A stretch of 64,000 nt of DNA, taken from positions 21,208 through 85,207 of IMG/VR virus record IMGVR_UViG_3300047323_000428. The stretch is one strand, 5' to 3'. A program made the translations under genes and the position numbers. Within the stretch, counting starts at the first letter, position 1, and every line of letters begins with the position of its first letter. This DNA comes from a virus. Lineage: Duplodnaviria; Heunggongvirae; Uroviricota; Caudoviricetes. Below are positions 16,113 through 23,061 of this stretch, one piece after another. The notes under the pieces were generated by a model, which had not been told where the DNA came from, ran no database searches, and worked only from the letters and a program-made list of their open reading frames with translations.

Positions 16113-16360
16113 CTGCAACGCGAAACGGAGTGACGAACGAAACGAACGAAAGCGAGAATCGACCGAAGACTGAAACCGAGCGACGCGAGACGCGACGCGA
16201 CGAACCGAAAAACGGTGCGCTCGAACCGAGCGACGGAAAAACGGAACGCGCGACGCGACGAAGCGAAAAACGGATCGCACGCAGTGAGACTGCGCGACAC
16301 GTGACGCTCGAACCGCGCGAGATGCGCGACGCACGCGCTGCGCCGGCGGCCGGCGCATGA
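16113..16360 (+). ncRNA. Candidate non-coding transcript with an extreme T-depleted composition
   Basis: About 250 nt with very few T on the plus strand (CGA/ACG/GAA-type repeats), directly downstream of the 16076-16105 promoter. It ends at the GCGCCGGCGGCCGGCGC palindrome (16340-16356). It contains no convincing ORF. Confidence 0.3.
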
Positions 16361-16396
16361 GGGAGACGGCCTAGGAGGTTTGCCTGCCGCCTTGGT

Positions 16397-16469
16397 CAAA
16401 ACTCCCTATCAGTGTCGGGCGAGGCTCCCGTTCAAATTCCCTATCAGTGTCGGCGACGGCTCCCGTTCC
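16397..16469. repeat. Two tandem iteron-like units (U1 16397-16433, U2 16434-16469)
   Basis: CAAAACTCCCTATCAGTGTCGGGCGAGGCTCCCGTTC and AAATTCCCTATCAGTGTCGGCGACGGCTCCCGTTCC. The conserved core is GTGTCGG-N6-GCTCCCGTTYC. Confidence 0.75.
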
Positions 16470-16554
16470 TTTCCATTCCACTCCACACCCCTAGGCCGAT
16501 CCCCTAGGCCGTGAGCAACAGCACCAAAAGGCGCCACACGGGCGCCCTTCTCCC

Positions 16555-16743
16555 TCAATACAGCTCCATCACACCCACACGGCCGTTGGTGCGCACTTGG
16601 CGACGCAGGTGCAGGATCTCCGCCTCTTCCTGCTGCTCCTCGAGCCAGTCGATAAGTTCGTGCGGCTTGGCGGCGCGGTGCTGGTGGTCGATGGGCTCAG
16701 CAGCGGTGATGGTCGATTCGAAGGCGCGGTGCGTGGTGTTCAT
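16555..16743 (-). CDS. Small hypothetical protein (62 aa)
   Basis: ATG at 16741-16743 (M60 of the listed ORF) and an acidic C-terminal half. The support is weak. Confidence 0.3.
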   Translation of the reverse strand: MNTTHRAFESTITAAEPIDHQHRAAKPHELIDWLEEQQEEAEILHLRRQVRTNGRVGVMELY

Positions 16744-16751
16744 GGCAGTAA

Positions 16752-16892
16752 TCAGGTTTGAGTATTGGAGCGGATACGACGGGAAAGAAACAGGATGAGG
16801 TCGACGAACTTCATCCAGGCAAAGGTGATGCCGGCGCCCGTGAGGGCGATCAGCAACACCGCGAGAATCAGTTGGGCGGTGTCTTGGGTCAT
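16752..16892 (-). CDS. Small hydrophobic membrane protein (46 aa), not in the ORF table
   Basis: ATG at 16890-16892. The sequence is MTQDTAQLILAVLLIALTGAGITFAWMKFVDLILFLSRRIRSNTQT. It abuts the stop of 16896-17180. Confidence 0.35.
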   Translation of the reverse strand: MTQDTAQLILAVLLIALTGAGITFAWMKFVDLILFLSRRIRSNTQT

Positions 16893-16895
16893 GGC

Positions 16896-17180
16896 TTATC
16901 CGACGAGCATCGGGGAGCACTCGGGATCGACTTCAGGGTTCAAGTCGAAATACAGGGCGCGCTGACAGGCGCGGTTGCAGGCGTCGATGTGATCGGCTCG
17001 GGCAATCTCGTAGACGGCGAAATCGCAACCGTGGGTTTCTTGTTGGAGCGCGACGAACTCGTCACCGTCGGAGGTGATGAGGAACTGGGAGAACGTCGAG
17101 TCGAGGAACAAGAACACGTCGGTCTTCGTGTTGTAGAAAGCGCGCAAGTCAGTGATCGGCAGCGTCGTCGGTGTTTTCAT
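16896..17180 (-). CDS. Hypothetical protein (94 aa)
   Basis: ATG at 17178-17180 (M23 of the listed ORF), downstream of an approximately 600-bp non-coding repeat region. Confidence 0.4.
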   Translation of the reverse strand: MKTPTTLPITDLRAFYNTKTDVFLFLDSTFSQFLITSDGDEFVALQQETHGCDFAVYEIARADHIDACNRACQRALYFDLNPEVDPECSPMLVG

Positions 17181-17408
17181 CGCGTTTCTCGCGTTGTTTG
17201 AAAGTGATGCTATTGTCTCGACCCGCGAGAGGGACAACTGTGGCAATCGTTCGAGGCGGCTCGGGAGCTGGTCAGGCTCTCTCCCTACCGCGGCCTAGGC
17301 GTTTTCCCAAGGCCTTCCCCTGCTCTCCTCTCTCCTACCGGCCTAGGCCGTCTCCCATAGGCGGCTACCCAAGGGGATCGGCCTAAAAGGGGCCGAGGAC
17401 AATCCAAT

Positions 17409-17446
17409 CAAAACTCCGTAGGGTGTCGGCCGCGGCTCCCGTTTCC
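17409..17446. repeat. Iteron-like unit U3 (CAAAACTCCGTAGGGTGTCGGCCGCGGCTCCCGTTTCC)
   Basis: Same GTGTCGG...GCTCCCGTTTCC core as U1 and U2. Confidence 0.75.
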
Positions 17447-17483
17447 ACGGGGATCGGCCTAGGCCTCGCAGGTGCGCGGGGCG

Positions 17484-17522
17484 AAAAATTTGGAATGGGT
17501 GTCGGCACCGGCTGCCGTTTCC
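17484..17522. repeat. Iteron-like unit U4 (AAAAATTTGGAATGGGTGTCGGCACCGGCTGCCGTTTCC)
   Basis: Core conserved. Its hairpin is CGGCA-N5-TGCCG. Confidence 0.7.
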
Positions 17523-17548
17523 TCGACGCTCTCCCCACGCACGCGCAC

Positions 17549-17590
17549 GGGGTTTGGGTTGGTTTGGTTTTAGGGGTTGGTTTTGGGTTT
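17549..17590 (+). repeat. Telomere-like G/T tract with G-quadruplex potential (GGGGTTTGGGTTGGTTTGGTTTTAGGGGTTGGTTTTGGGTTTT)
   Basis: Runs of GGGG/GGG separated by T-rich loops. It is followed at about 17633-17646 by CCCCCCCTCCCCCC. Confidence 0.6.
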
Positions 17591-17809
17591 TAAACTGCAT
17601 CCGATGAGGAACCCTACGGTGAAGAACCAAGTCCCCCCCTCCCCCCACAGACCTATAATCAGTGAGAGCAGGGGAGAACTCGATCCCACCAAGGGCACAC
17701 ATCGGAGGCTATCCGCGTATGGCAACCCAACAGGCAAGAACCAAGTCCCCCAGAAGAAGAAGCGACTCCCGACGCCAAGTGCTCGTCGGCAAACAATGTG
17801 CGGGAATCA

Positions 17810-17827
17810 TAGTCAATGGTGACTGTT
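17810..17827 (-). promoter_or_regulatory. PDM copy (TAGTCAATGGTGACTGTT) about 600 nt upstream of the nearest minus-strand CDS
   Basis: The motif matches, but the long non-coding stretch downstream of it contains iteron units U3 and U4 and the G-tract. Confidence 0.65.
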
Positions 17828-18010
17828 GGGTCAAGCGGCAATGTTGCGTGCGGGTAACGTGGGAGGGATCGGTTGGCAGGTGGGAAGTGTAAGAGTTGGG
17901 CGGCGCGGAACATTTTTCGTCGCTCCATAGCCATCCCCTCTTCCACCCGCGCTACTCCCCTTCCACGCAGCCCCTCTCCTCTGTTCCCCACACCTACCGC
18001 CCCTCTCTCT

Positions 18011-18253
18011 CTACCAGCTCCCATACTCTCCATACGCCTCCCGTGCGGGATCGTATAGGTCTTCCTCCGTCACTCCCGAGAACGTCGCGTTCATCATCCA
18101 TTCCAGATCCACGTGGTCGAACTCCGAGAGCCTGAATCTCCTACAAAGCGTCTCGTCCAGCACCATCACCTCTCTGCCTGTCTTGGTGTCGTGGGCGGTG
18201 TAGTAGCGGCTGCCGTCCTTTGTGTGCCCGCTGTCGTCGAGCTTGAGCTCCAT
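18011..18253 (-). CDS. Small protein (80 aa), paralog-array member with a C-terminal YGEYGSW
   Basis: The ATG overlaps the upstream stop (TGGTAGATGG junction). The C-terminal tail is ...EAYGEYGSW. Confidence 0.55.
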   Translation of the reverse strand: MELKLDDSGHTKDGSRYYTAHDTKTGREVMVLDETLCRRFRLSEFDHVDLEWMMNATFSGVTEEDLYDPAREAYGEYGSW

Positions 18254-18556
18254 CTACCATACCTCTCCATACCCCTGTGCTCGATCCCCTCTCCCCTTGA
18301 GCACCGTCGTCTTCACCTTCTTCCCGATGTTGTTGAACTGGAACTGTAGGTCGTAGATGTTGAGCTCCATGAAGCCGGGGAACTGCATTCCGACGATGGA
18401 TTCGCCTGCGTCGAGTGCGTCACGAACTGCCGCGTAGACCGTGAGTTGGTTTTCGTAGACCGAGCCGGTGCCTATGTCGCCGGTGCTGTCGCTCACTACG
18501 GTGACAGGGTAACGGCCGGCTGCGCTTTTCTTGTCTGTGATCTTGATGGTTGCCAT
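18254..18556 (-). CDS. Small protein (100 aa), paralog-array member with a C-terminal GYGEVW
   Basis: The ATG overlaps the upstream stop (TGGTAATGG). The C-terminus is ...RAQGYGEVW. Confidence 0.55.
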   Translation of the reverse strand: MATIKITDKKSAAGRYPVTVVSDSTGDIGTGSVYENQLTVYAAVRDALDAGESIVGMQFPGFMELNIYDLQFQFNNIGKKVKTTVLKGRGDRAQGYGEVW

Positions 18557-18798
18557 TACCAGACCTCTCCATACCCGGTTACTTCGTCCTTCTCGGTGTA
18601 GGGCGTGTCGTCCGGGTCGGTCAGGGCAAACCTAAGCCATTTGGTGTCGAAGCTGCCGAGCTTCTGGCCTACCTGGATTGGTGCTGGGTATTTGCTCTGG
18701 AGCAGGGTCGTCGGCATGGTGTAGTCCTCGAACGTCTTGGAGATGTGAATCTCGGTCCAGGTGTCGTTGTGTGCCAGGACGCTCACGTCGATTAGCAT
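18556..18798 (-). CDS. Small protein (80 aa), paralog-array member with a C-terminal GYGEVW
   Basis: The C-terminus is ...VTGYGEVW. It is the first gene after the 18.8-19.2 kb non-coding region. Confidence 0.55.
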   Translation of the reverse strand: MLIDVSVLAHNDTWTEIHISKTFEDYTMPTTLLQSKYPAPIQVGQKLGSFDTKWLRFALTDPDDTPYTEKDEVTGYGEVW

Positions 18799-19146
18799 AG
18801 GCCTTCTCTCTGCGGTTTCATTGCTTGATTGTCTCGTCTGCGGTGTGGGGTTGCTGCGGGAATCGTCGATTGGCTCTGAGCGCTTTAGAGACGTTTTGAG
18901 CGATCGGGGCGCGCGCTGCTGTCTGCGTGCGTCTTGAGCTTGGTGGCGCGCTTGTAGCGCGTTTTGACGCGTCCCTGAAGCGGTTGTGTCGCTCGGTTCG
19001 TCTGCGCTCGGTGCGCTTAGTCGGGTGTCAGAGTTGGCTTATACTTCTGTCGCAGATACGGCCAACTATAAGAGTGGAAATTCCCTTATAGATCAATGGC
19101 TTAGGAGTGATGGCCAAGGATCTCGGCCTAGGGCCGGTAACTCGAC

Positions 19147-19174
19147 AAGAAAAGGGGCTCCGAAGAGCCCTTTT
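19147..19174 (-). terminator. Rho-independent terminator after mazF (GGGGCTC-cgaa-GAGCCC flanked by an A-run and a T-run; bidirectional)
   Basis: Stem-loop at 19154-19170, with AAGAAAA upstream and TTTT downstream. Confidence 0.75.
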
Positions 19175-19177
19175 GCC

Positions 19178-19516
19178 TCACAGTTGGAGAAATGCGCGGA
19201 TCGCATATTTGGCGGCCGCGAGCTCGTCCTCTGTCGCCTGCTCGCCCTTGAAATCCACCTTTCGCTCGGTGTAACTCCAGGTGCTTATCTGATCGACCTG
19301 GGCCACACCTGGGCGAGCCAGGCTGTCGATCGGGATTTCCGTCTCCCACCCTCTCACGGTGGAGGTGATGGGCAGCCCAGTGAAGCGGCTGGTGATCTGA
19401 TTTACAACAAAGCTGGAGATCACCAACACCGCACGATAGCCGTCCTGCTCGTTACCTTTGGACGGGCCGATGTGCAGTCTCACGATATCGCCCGCTTCCG
19501 GAATGCCGTTCTTCAT
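19178..19516 (-). CDS. mazF: MazF/PemK-family endoribonuclease toxin
   Basis: PEAGDIVRL...GNEQDGYRAVLVISS...LPITS profile typical of Kid/PemK/MazF. Lies 3 nt downstream of the antitoxin. Confidence 0.8.
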   Translation of the reverse strand: MKNGIPEAGDIVRLHIGPSKGNEQDGYRAVLVISSFVVNQITSRFTGLPITSTVRGWETEIPIDSLARPGVAQVDQISTWSYTERKVDFKGEQATEDELAAAKYAIRAFLQL

Positions 19517-19519
19517 GTG

Positions 19520-19807
19520 TCACCAATTGTCGTTTCGGTCAGGATCGTCGGGGCCGCCCGTTTCGTTGCCGACGGGATCGCCCCAGTCGATTGTTTCGTG
19601 CGGAACGAGCTTGCCCTCCTCATGCTGCTGAATCAGGCGCTCAAGCGAGAATCGCCTGATCGCGGTGTGCGGCCGCACCTGTAGGCGCCCGTCTTCGACC
19701 ACCACATCCACTTCTTGGCCCTCTTGCAGAGCCACCTCGTCGGCCAAGCTGGCCGGAATACGCACTGCGAGGCTGTTGCCCCAGCGCTTTACTGTCTGAA
19801 TGGCCAT
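19520..19807 (-). CDS. mazE: MazE/AbrB-type (SpoVT/AbrB domain) antitoxin
   Basis: VKRWGNSLAVRIPASLADEVALQEGQEVDVVVEDGRLQVRP is a SpoVT/AbrB swapped-hairpin domain. Sits upstream of mazF. Confidence 0.8.
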   Translation of the reverse strand: MAIQTVKRWGNSLAVRIPASLADEVALQEGQEVDVVVEDGRLQVRPHTAIRRFSLERLIQQHEEGKLVPHETIDWGDPVGNETGGPDDPDRNDNW

Positions 19808-19853
19808 TTCCGCACTCCATTGCGTTGCTGCGTTGAAACACTACTCCGTGAGG

Positions 19854-19919
19854 CGTATAAACACGTTGCTACGTTTCTATCGTAGCGCTCGACTCTTGGA
19901 GTGTCAACGCGTTTATACG
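19854..19919. promoter_or_regulatory. Candidate mazEF operator: a 15-bp inverted repeat CGTATAAACACGTTG / CAACGCGTTTATACG flanking an inner palindrome GCTACGtttctatCGTAGC
   Basis: The inverted-repeat arms lie at 19854-19868 and 19905-19919, with the inner palindrome at 19868-19886, immediately upstream of mazE. Confidence 0.5.
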
Positions 19920-19922
19920 TTC

Positions 19923-20153
19923 CTACCAGGTGCCCATGTCCGCGTAGGCCGGCTCGGGTCTCAGGATGGGCACCTGGTAGTCCGACAACAGGCTATAGGC
20001 CACGTTGTCGACGAACTGGAAGCTCTCGCCGGGCAACAACTGCATCTGGGCGTAGATGCGCGCGGTTTGCATGTTGGGCGTGCGGCAGGTGTTCTCCAAC
20101 CACGCCCGGTAGCCGCCCTTCATGCTTCGGGCGATTTCGTCGCATTCGGTCAT
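19923..20153 (-). CDS. Hypothetical protein (76 aa; C-terminus ...ADMGTW)
   Basis: ORF coupled (ATGA) with the next gene. Confidence 0.45.
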   Translation of the reverse strand: MTECDEIARSMKGGYRAWLENTCRTPNMQTARIYAQMQLLPGESFQFVDNVAYSLLSDYQVPILRPEPAYADMGTW

Positions 20154-20515
20154 CGCGGCATCTCCGGCATTGGGCCGATCCGATGCACGACGCTCGTTGG
20201 CAGCTCGGCCATCGTGGTCGGCGTCTTCTTGGGGCGGCCGCGCTTCTTGGCTGGCTCTGCGGGAGTCTCCACCTGCGGCATCGCAATACTTGCGGCCACC
20301 CGCCTTTCGAGGCCGAGCGCCGTGAAATGCGCCTTCGCCTCGTCCTTGTCGTTCGGGAACAGGGTATAGAGCGTGTTCGGGTCCGGCAGCAAGGCGACGT
20401 CGAGCACCAGGGTCATCGAGCCGTTCTCATTGCACCAAAGTGCGCCGATCTTGCCCGAGCGGTGCTCCGTCACCTTGTTGAGCGCCTTTAGGATGAAGTC
20501 AGGGCTGCGGCTCAT
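20150..20515 (-). CDS. Hypothetical protein with an AT-hook-like KKRGRPKK segment (121 aa)
   Basis: ATG at 20513-20515 (M57 of the listed ORF). Confidence 0.4.
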   Translation of the reverse strand: MSRSPDFILKALNKVTEHRSGKIGALWCNENGSMTLVLDVALLPDPNTLYTLFPNDKDEAKAHFTALGLERRVAASIAMPQVETPAEPAKKRGRPKKTPTTMAELPTSVVHRIGPMPEMPR

Positions 20516-20870
20516 TTTCTCCCTCCGCCCGATCCGCGCAGTTTCCGCACAGGCCGTCAAAGCCATCGCCGTTGTCGTTGGGCTCGCCGCACTCCCGGCA
20601 GGTGTCTTGGTCGTGCGGCAGCCACACCCACGCCTGCACCCACGTTCCCTCGTCGCCTGCCGATGTGAGCGCGCCGTCGTCAATCTCCACGTCGTCGTTG
20701 CTGCCGAGCGCGTATTTGTCGCGGGCGCGGGCGATTTCCTTGTCGTCGGCGAAGGTCGTCTCTTGCCGGGCCTTCCTGAGCAGGTTCAGGGTATGGCCCA
20801 CTTCGCCGTCGGTGCCGTTGTCCAGCTTTTCCAGGTAGGCGTCGAGCGCCTCAATGACTGCCAGCGTCAT
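20499..20870 (-). CDS. Hypothetical acidic protein with a C-terminal CxxC...CxxC zinc ribbon
   Basis: Motif CRECGEPNDNGDGFDGLCGNC. Confidence 0.45.
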   Translation of the reverse strand: MTLAVIEALDAYLEKLDNGTDGEVGHTLNLLRKARQETTFADDKEIARARDKYALGSNDDVEIDDGALTSAGDEGTWVQAWVWLPHDQDTCRECGEPNDNGDGFDGLCGNCADRAEGENEPQP

Positions 20871-21222
20871 CCTTCTTCTCCCGTGCTTGCATCATGGCGT
20901 CGGCGAACTTGTAGGCAAGGCAGGAGGTGTGATCGGCATAGGCCGAGAGGTCGTCGCGTCCGGCCAACAATCCCTCGAGCGCGGCCATTGCGAACTTGTC
21001 GCGCAGCATTTGGCGCGAGTTTTCCCTGTCACGCGCGAGGCGCACCCGGTCGCGCACCACTTCCACCGCCTCCGGCATGGAAAGACCGCCCGCGACCAAG
21101 ACCTCGCGCAGTCGTTCGTTGGTGATTGGCTTTGCCACTTTCTTTCTCCTATAAGAGCCGTTGTTCTCAAGGTTGGCGCCTCCGCGCTTTCCCCCGATTA
21201 CGCGCCCGTCCGATTCAGGCAA
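20851..21222 (-). CDS. Hypothetical protein (123 aa)
   Basis: ORF overlapping the neighbouring gene by 20 nt. Confidence 0.4.
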   Translation of the reverse strand: MPESDGRVIGGKRGGANLENNGSYRRKKVAKPITNERLREVLVAGGLSMPEAVEVVRDRVRLARDRENSRQMLRDKFAMAALEGLLAGRDDLSAYADHTSCLAYKFADAMMQAREKKDDAGSH

Positions 21223-21360
21223 CTCCGACGATTAGGAGCATGGACAACCGCCCATCACAGCGGTCTGCCTTTATTGAGCGCGCCAACCTTGAGAACCCAC
21301 CTATTGGTAGGTCAGCTTTGGCAAGAAATTGCGGGGTTGGCGCAACTTCTTGCAGGGTGT

Positions 21361-21789
21361 TCAGTGGGCGGCGGGCGGCTGCTTGCCGAAGATGCCGCCG
21401 AGAAGCGAAGCGACTTGCGCCTGGATCTCTTCCTGAGAGCCGCGCATCACAAACACGCCTTCGGGCAGACGCGCGGGCTGCTCGCTCATCTCCTTCAGTT
21501 CGGCGATGCCCGCGTGGTCGGGCTTTTCGGTCCAGGACTTGAGGTATTGCTCGCGGCTCATCGAGGGCTTCGGCTGGGCCTTCTTCGGCAGCTCGACGAC
21601 GATGGTGCCGGACGGCAGCAGGTGGGTCATGTCCTGATCGGCGACCTGGCCGAGCGTCTCGGCCACCGCACGGCGGGTGTCCAGGCCCAGCGTGCAGCCG
21701 TCGGCCAGCGCGTTGACGAGTTTATGCACGTGGTGCTGGATGCGATCGAGTGTTTCCATCTTGGCAAGCGTGGTGAGAATCTGATTCAT
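21361..21789 (-). CDS. Hypothetical protein (142 aa)
   Basis: Clean ATG ORF. Confidence 0.45.
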   Translation of the reverse strand: MNQILTTLAKMETLDRIQHHVHKLVNALADGCTLGLDTRRAVAETLGQVADQDMTHLLPSGTIVVELPKKAQPKPSMSREQYLKSWTEKPDHAGIAELKEMSEQPARLPEGVFVMRGSQEEIQAQVASLLGGIFGKQPPAAH

Positions 21790-21894
21790 AGTGTGTTGCT
21801 CCTTGTCTTGTGCGCTTCGTTGTGCGCGTTGTTTCGATGAATGAATTGTCGCAACCGGTGCGCGGGGTTTGTGCGCCGCCGGTGCGGTTCCCGG

Positions 21895-22215
21895 TTAGTT
21901 ACCCGCTTCGGCCGTAAAGACCCACCAGTTGCCCTCTTCCTTCACCGAGCCGTAGGCGACCGCGTCCTGCATGTTGGTGAAGGGGCCGATCACCTCGAAG
22001 CCTTCGAGGATCGGGTCGCCGCGGACCAAGAAGGTGTGGCCGTCGGGATCTTGGATGCCGCCTTCGGGCACCATGACCTCGACGATCTCGGAGGGCTTCA
22101 GGCTCACCTGCGCCATGTAGGCGTCGAGGGCGTCGCCGTGCTCCATCGGCGCGCTGAATCGGAATCCGTCCGTGAAACGGCCCGTCACCACCACAAACAA
22201 TCCGCCTTTACTCAT
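21895..22215 (-). CDS. Hypothetical protein (106 aa)
   Basis: ATG at 22213-22215 with a GAGGAA ribosome-binding site. This choice overlaps the upstream gene by only 8 nt, whereas the longer listed N-terminus overlaps it by about 100 nt. Confidence 0.45.
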   Translation of the reverse strand: MSKGGLFVVVTGRFTDGFRFSAPMEHGDALDAYMAQVSLKPSEIVEVMVPEGGIQDPDGHTFLVRGDPILEGFEVIGPFTNMQDAVAYGSVKEEGNWWVFTAEAGN

Positions 22216-22474
22216 TGCCGTCTTCCTCTTCCTCGTCAACCACCTTGCACTCGGACTGCTTCCAATGATTGCCGCCCTCGTCCGCAACCATGATGGTGTC
22301 GCCACCTTGCACGTCCTCCGCCTGAATGGGGCGCTGGTTGTCCCAATCGACTTTCGTGGTGCCGGCGTAAATGGGCGAGCCGTCGTCCTCGAACCCGTCG
22401 ATGAGAGCGATCGCCGGAAGGACGTCGGCCGTGCCGATGACCTTCAGCCCATTGGGCGCGTAAAGCTGCTTCAT
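22208..22474 (-). CDS. Hypothetical acidic protein (88 aa)
   Basis: ATG at 22472-22474, coupled (ATGA) to the upstream gene. Confidence 0.45.
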   Translation of the reverse strand: MKQLYAPNGLKVIGTADVLPAIALIDGFEDDGSPIYAGTTKVDWDNQRPIQAEDVQGGDTIMVADEGGNHWKQSECKVVDEEEEDGNE

Positions 22475-22719
22475 GACGTCTCTCCTTGATCCAAAAGGTT
22501 GCGTTCGAGGTTGATCCACTCACACAGGTGGAATTCACGAAGCCAGGCGGGGTGCTCCGCCCAATCGTCGCCCGCCGGGCCGCTGAAATAGATCCCGGCG
22601 CCGCCGCCATCGGTAATGCCCGCGATGGTCTGCAAATGCAGGCACGCCGCGTCCAGATCAGCCATCGTTGCGGCCGCGCTGATCGCGTCTTCGGTGATTG
22701 CGCAAAGGTTGGTAGTCAC
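22471..22719 (-). CDS. Hypothetical protein (82 aa, GTG start)
   Basis: The ORF starts at a GTG. A PDM-like word TAGTCACTTGAC overlaps that start. Confidence 0.35.
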   Translation of the reverse strand: MTTNLCAITEDAISAAATMADLDAACLHLQTIAGITDGGGAGIYFSGPAGDDWAEHPAWLREFHLCEWINLERNLLDQGETS

Positions 22720-22789
22720 TTGACCGTCTCTCGGTTCGTTTCGACACAGAAATTGTCGCGTAACGATGCAGGAATGTATGCGGCTATCG

Positions 22790-22807
22790 TAATCAGTTTT
22801 GACTGTT
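22790..22807 (-). promoter_or_regulatory. PDM copy (TAATCAGTTTTGACTGTT)
   Basis: Lies 70 nt upstream of the 22719 start in a 340-bp non-coding gap. Confidence 0.75.
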
Positions 22808-22976
22808 GCCGCAAGCCCAATTTTGCATCGTTGTTCGCACGAAACACGCGCATTTAGGCCGCGCTATGCGAGCGTTTTAGCGCGTTGGTGTGCGATAGGT
22901 ATGCTGCGCACGTATCTCAGCATTGACTAACGCAAGATGCGCACACCTCGCTTCTGGCCTAGGCCGCGAGCAGACG

Positions 22977-23003
22977 AAAAAAGAGGCGCCACTAGGGCGC
23001 CTC
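22977..23003 (-). terminator. Rho-independent terminator (GAGGCGCC-actag-GGCGCCTC with an A6/T6 run)
   Basis: 8-bp GC stem. The A-run at 22977-22982 is the T-run on the minus strand. Located downstream of gene 23062-23439. Confidence 0.75.
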
Positions 23004-23061
23004 GAAGCTACAACACACTATGGAGCAAAGGGTTTGGGCCTGCTCCGCGCCCGTCAAAATT

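Noticed and set aside
16049-16399. Arg/Ser-rich basic peptides (16049-16399 and 16110-16358, minus strand) and the E/R/T-rich plus-strand ORF 16073-16360 as real proteins
   Set aside because: These are products of the extreme base composition of the T-depleted region. The only oriented promoter points along the plus strand and its transcription start lies downstream of the plus ORF's start codon.
16420-16445. A tRNA gene suggested by the T-loop-like word GTTCAAATTCC
   Set aside because: The flanking 5-bp stem does not pair (TCCCG versus TCCCT). I found no acceptor stem or anticodon arm, and no other convincing tRNA-like T-loop in the non-coding gaps by eye.
16397-17522. A CRISPR array formed by the 36-39-bp repeated units
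   Set aside because: The units are either directly adjacent (U1 and U2) or irregularly spaced, with no uniform spacers. No cas genes are present.
17659-18033. ORF 17659-18033 (124 aa, minus strand) and ORFs 17873-18135 on the plus strand
   Set aside because: They lie across repeat, G-tract and polypyrimidine sequence and give Pro/Arg/Gly low-complexity translations. There is no ribosome-binding site.
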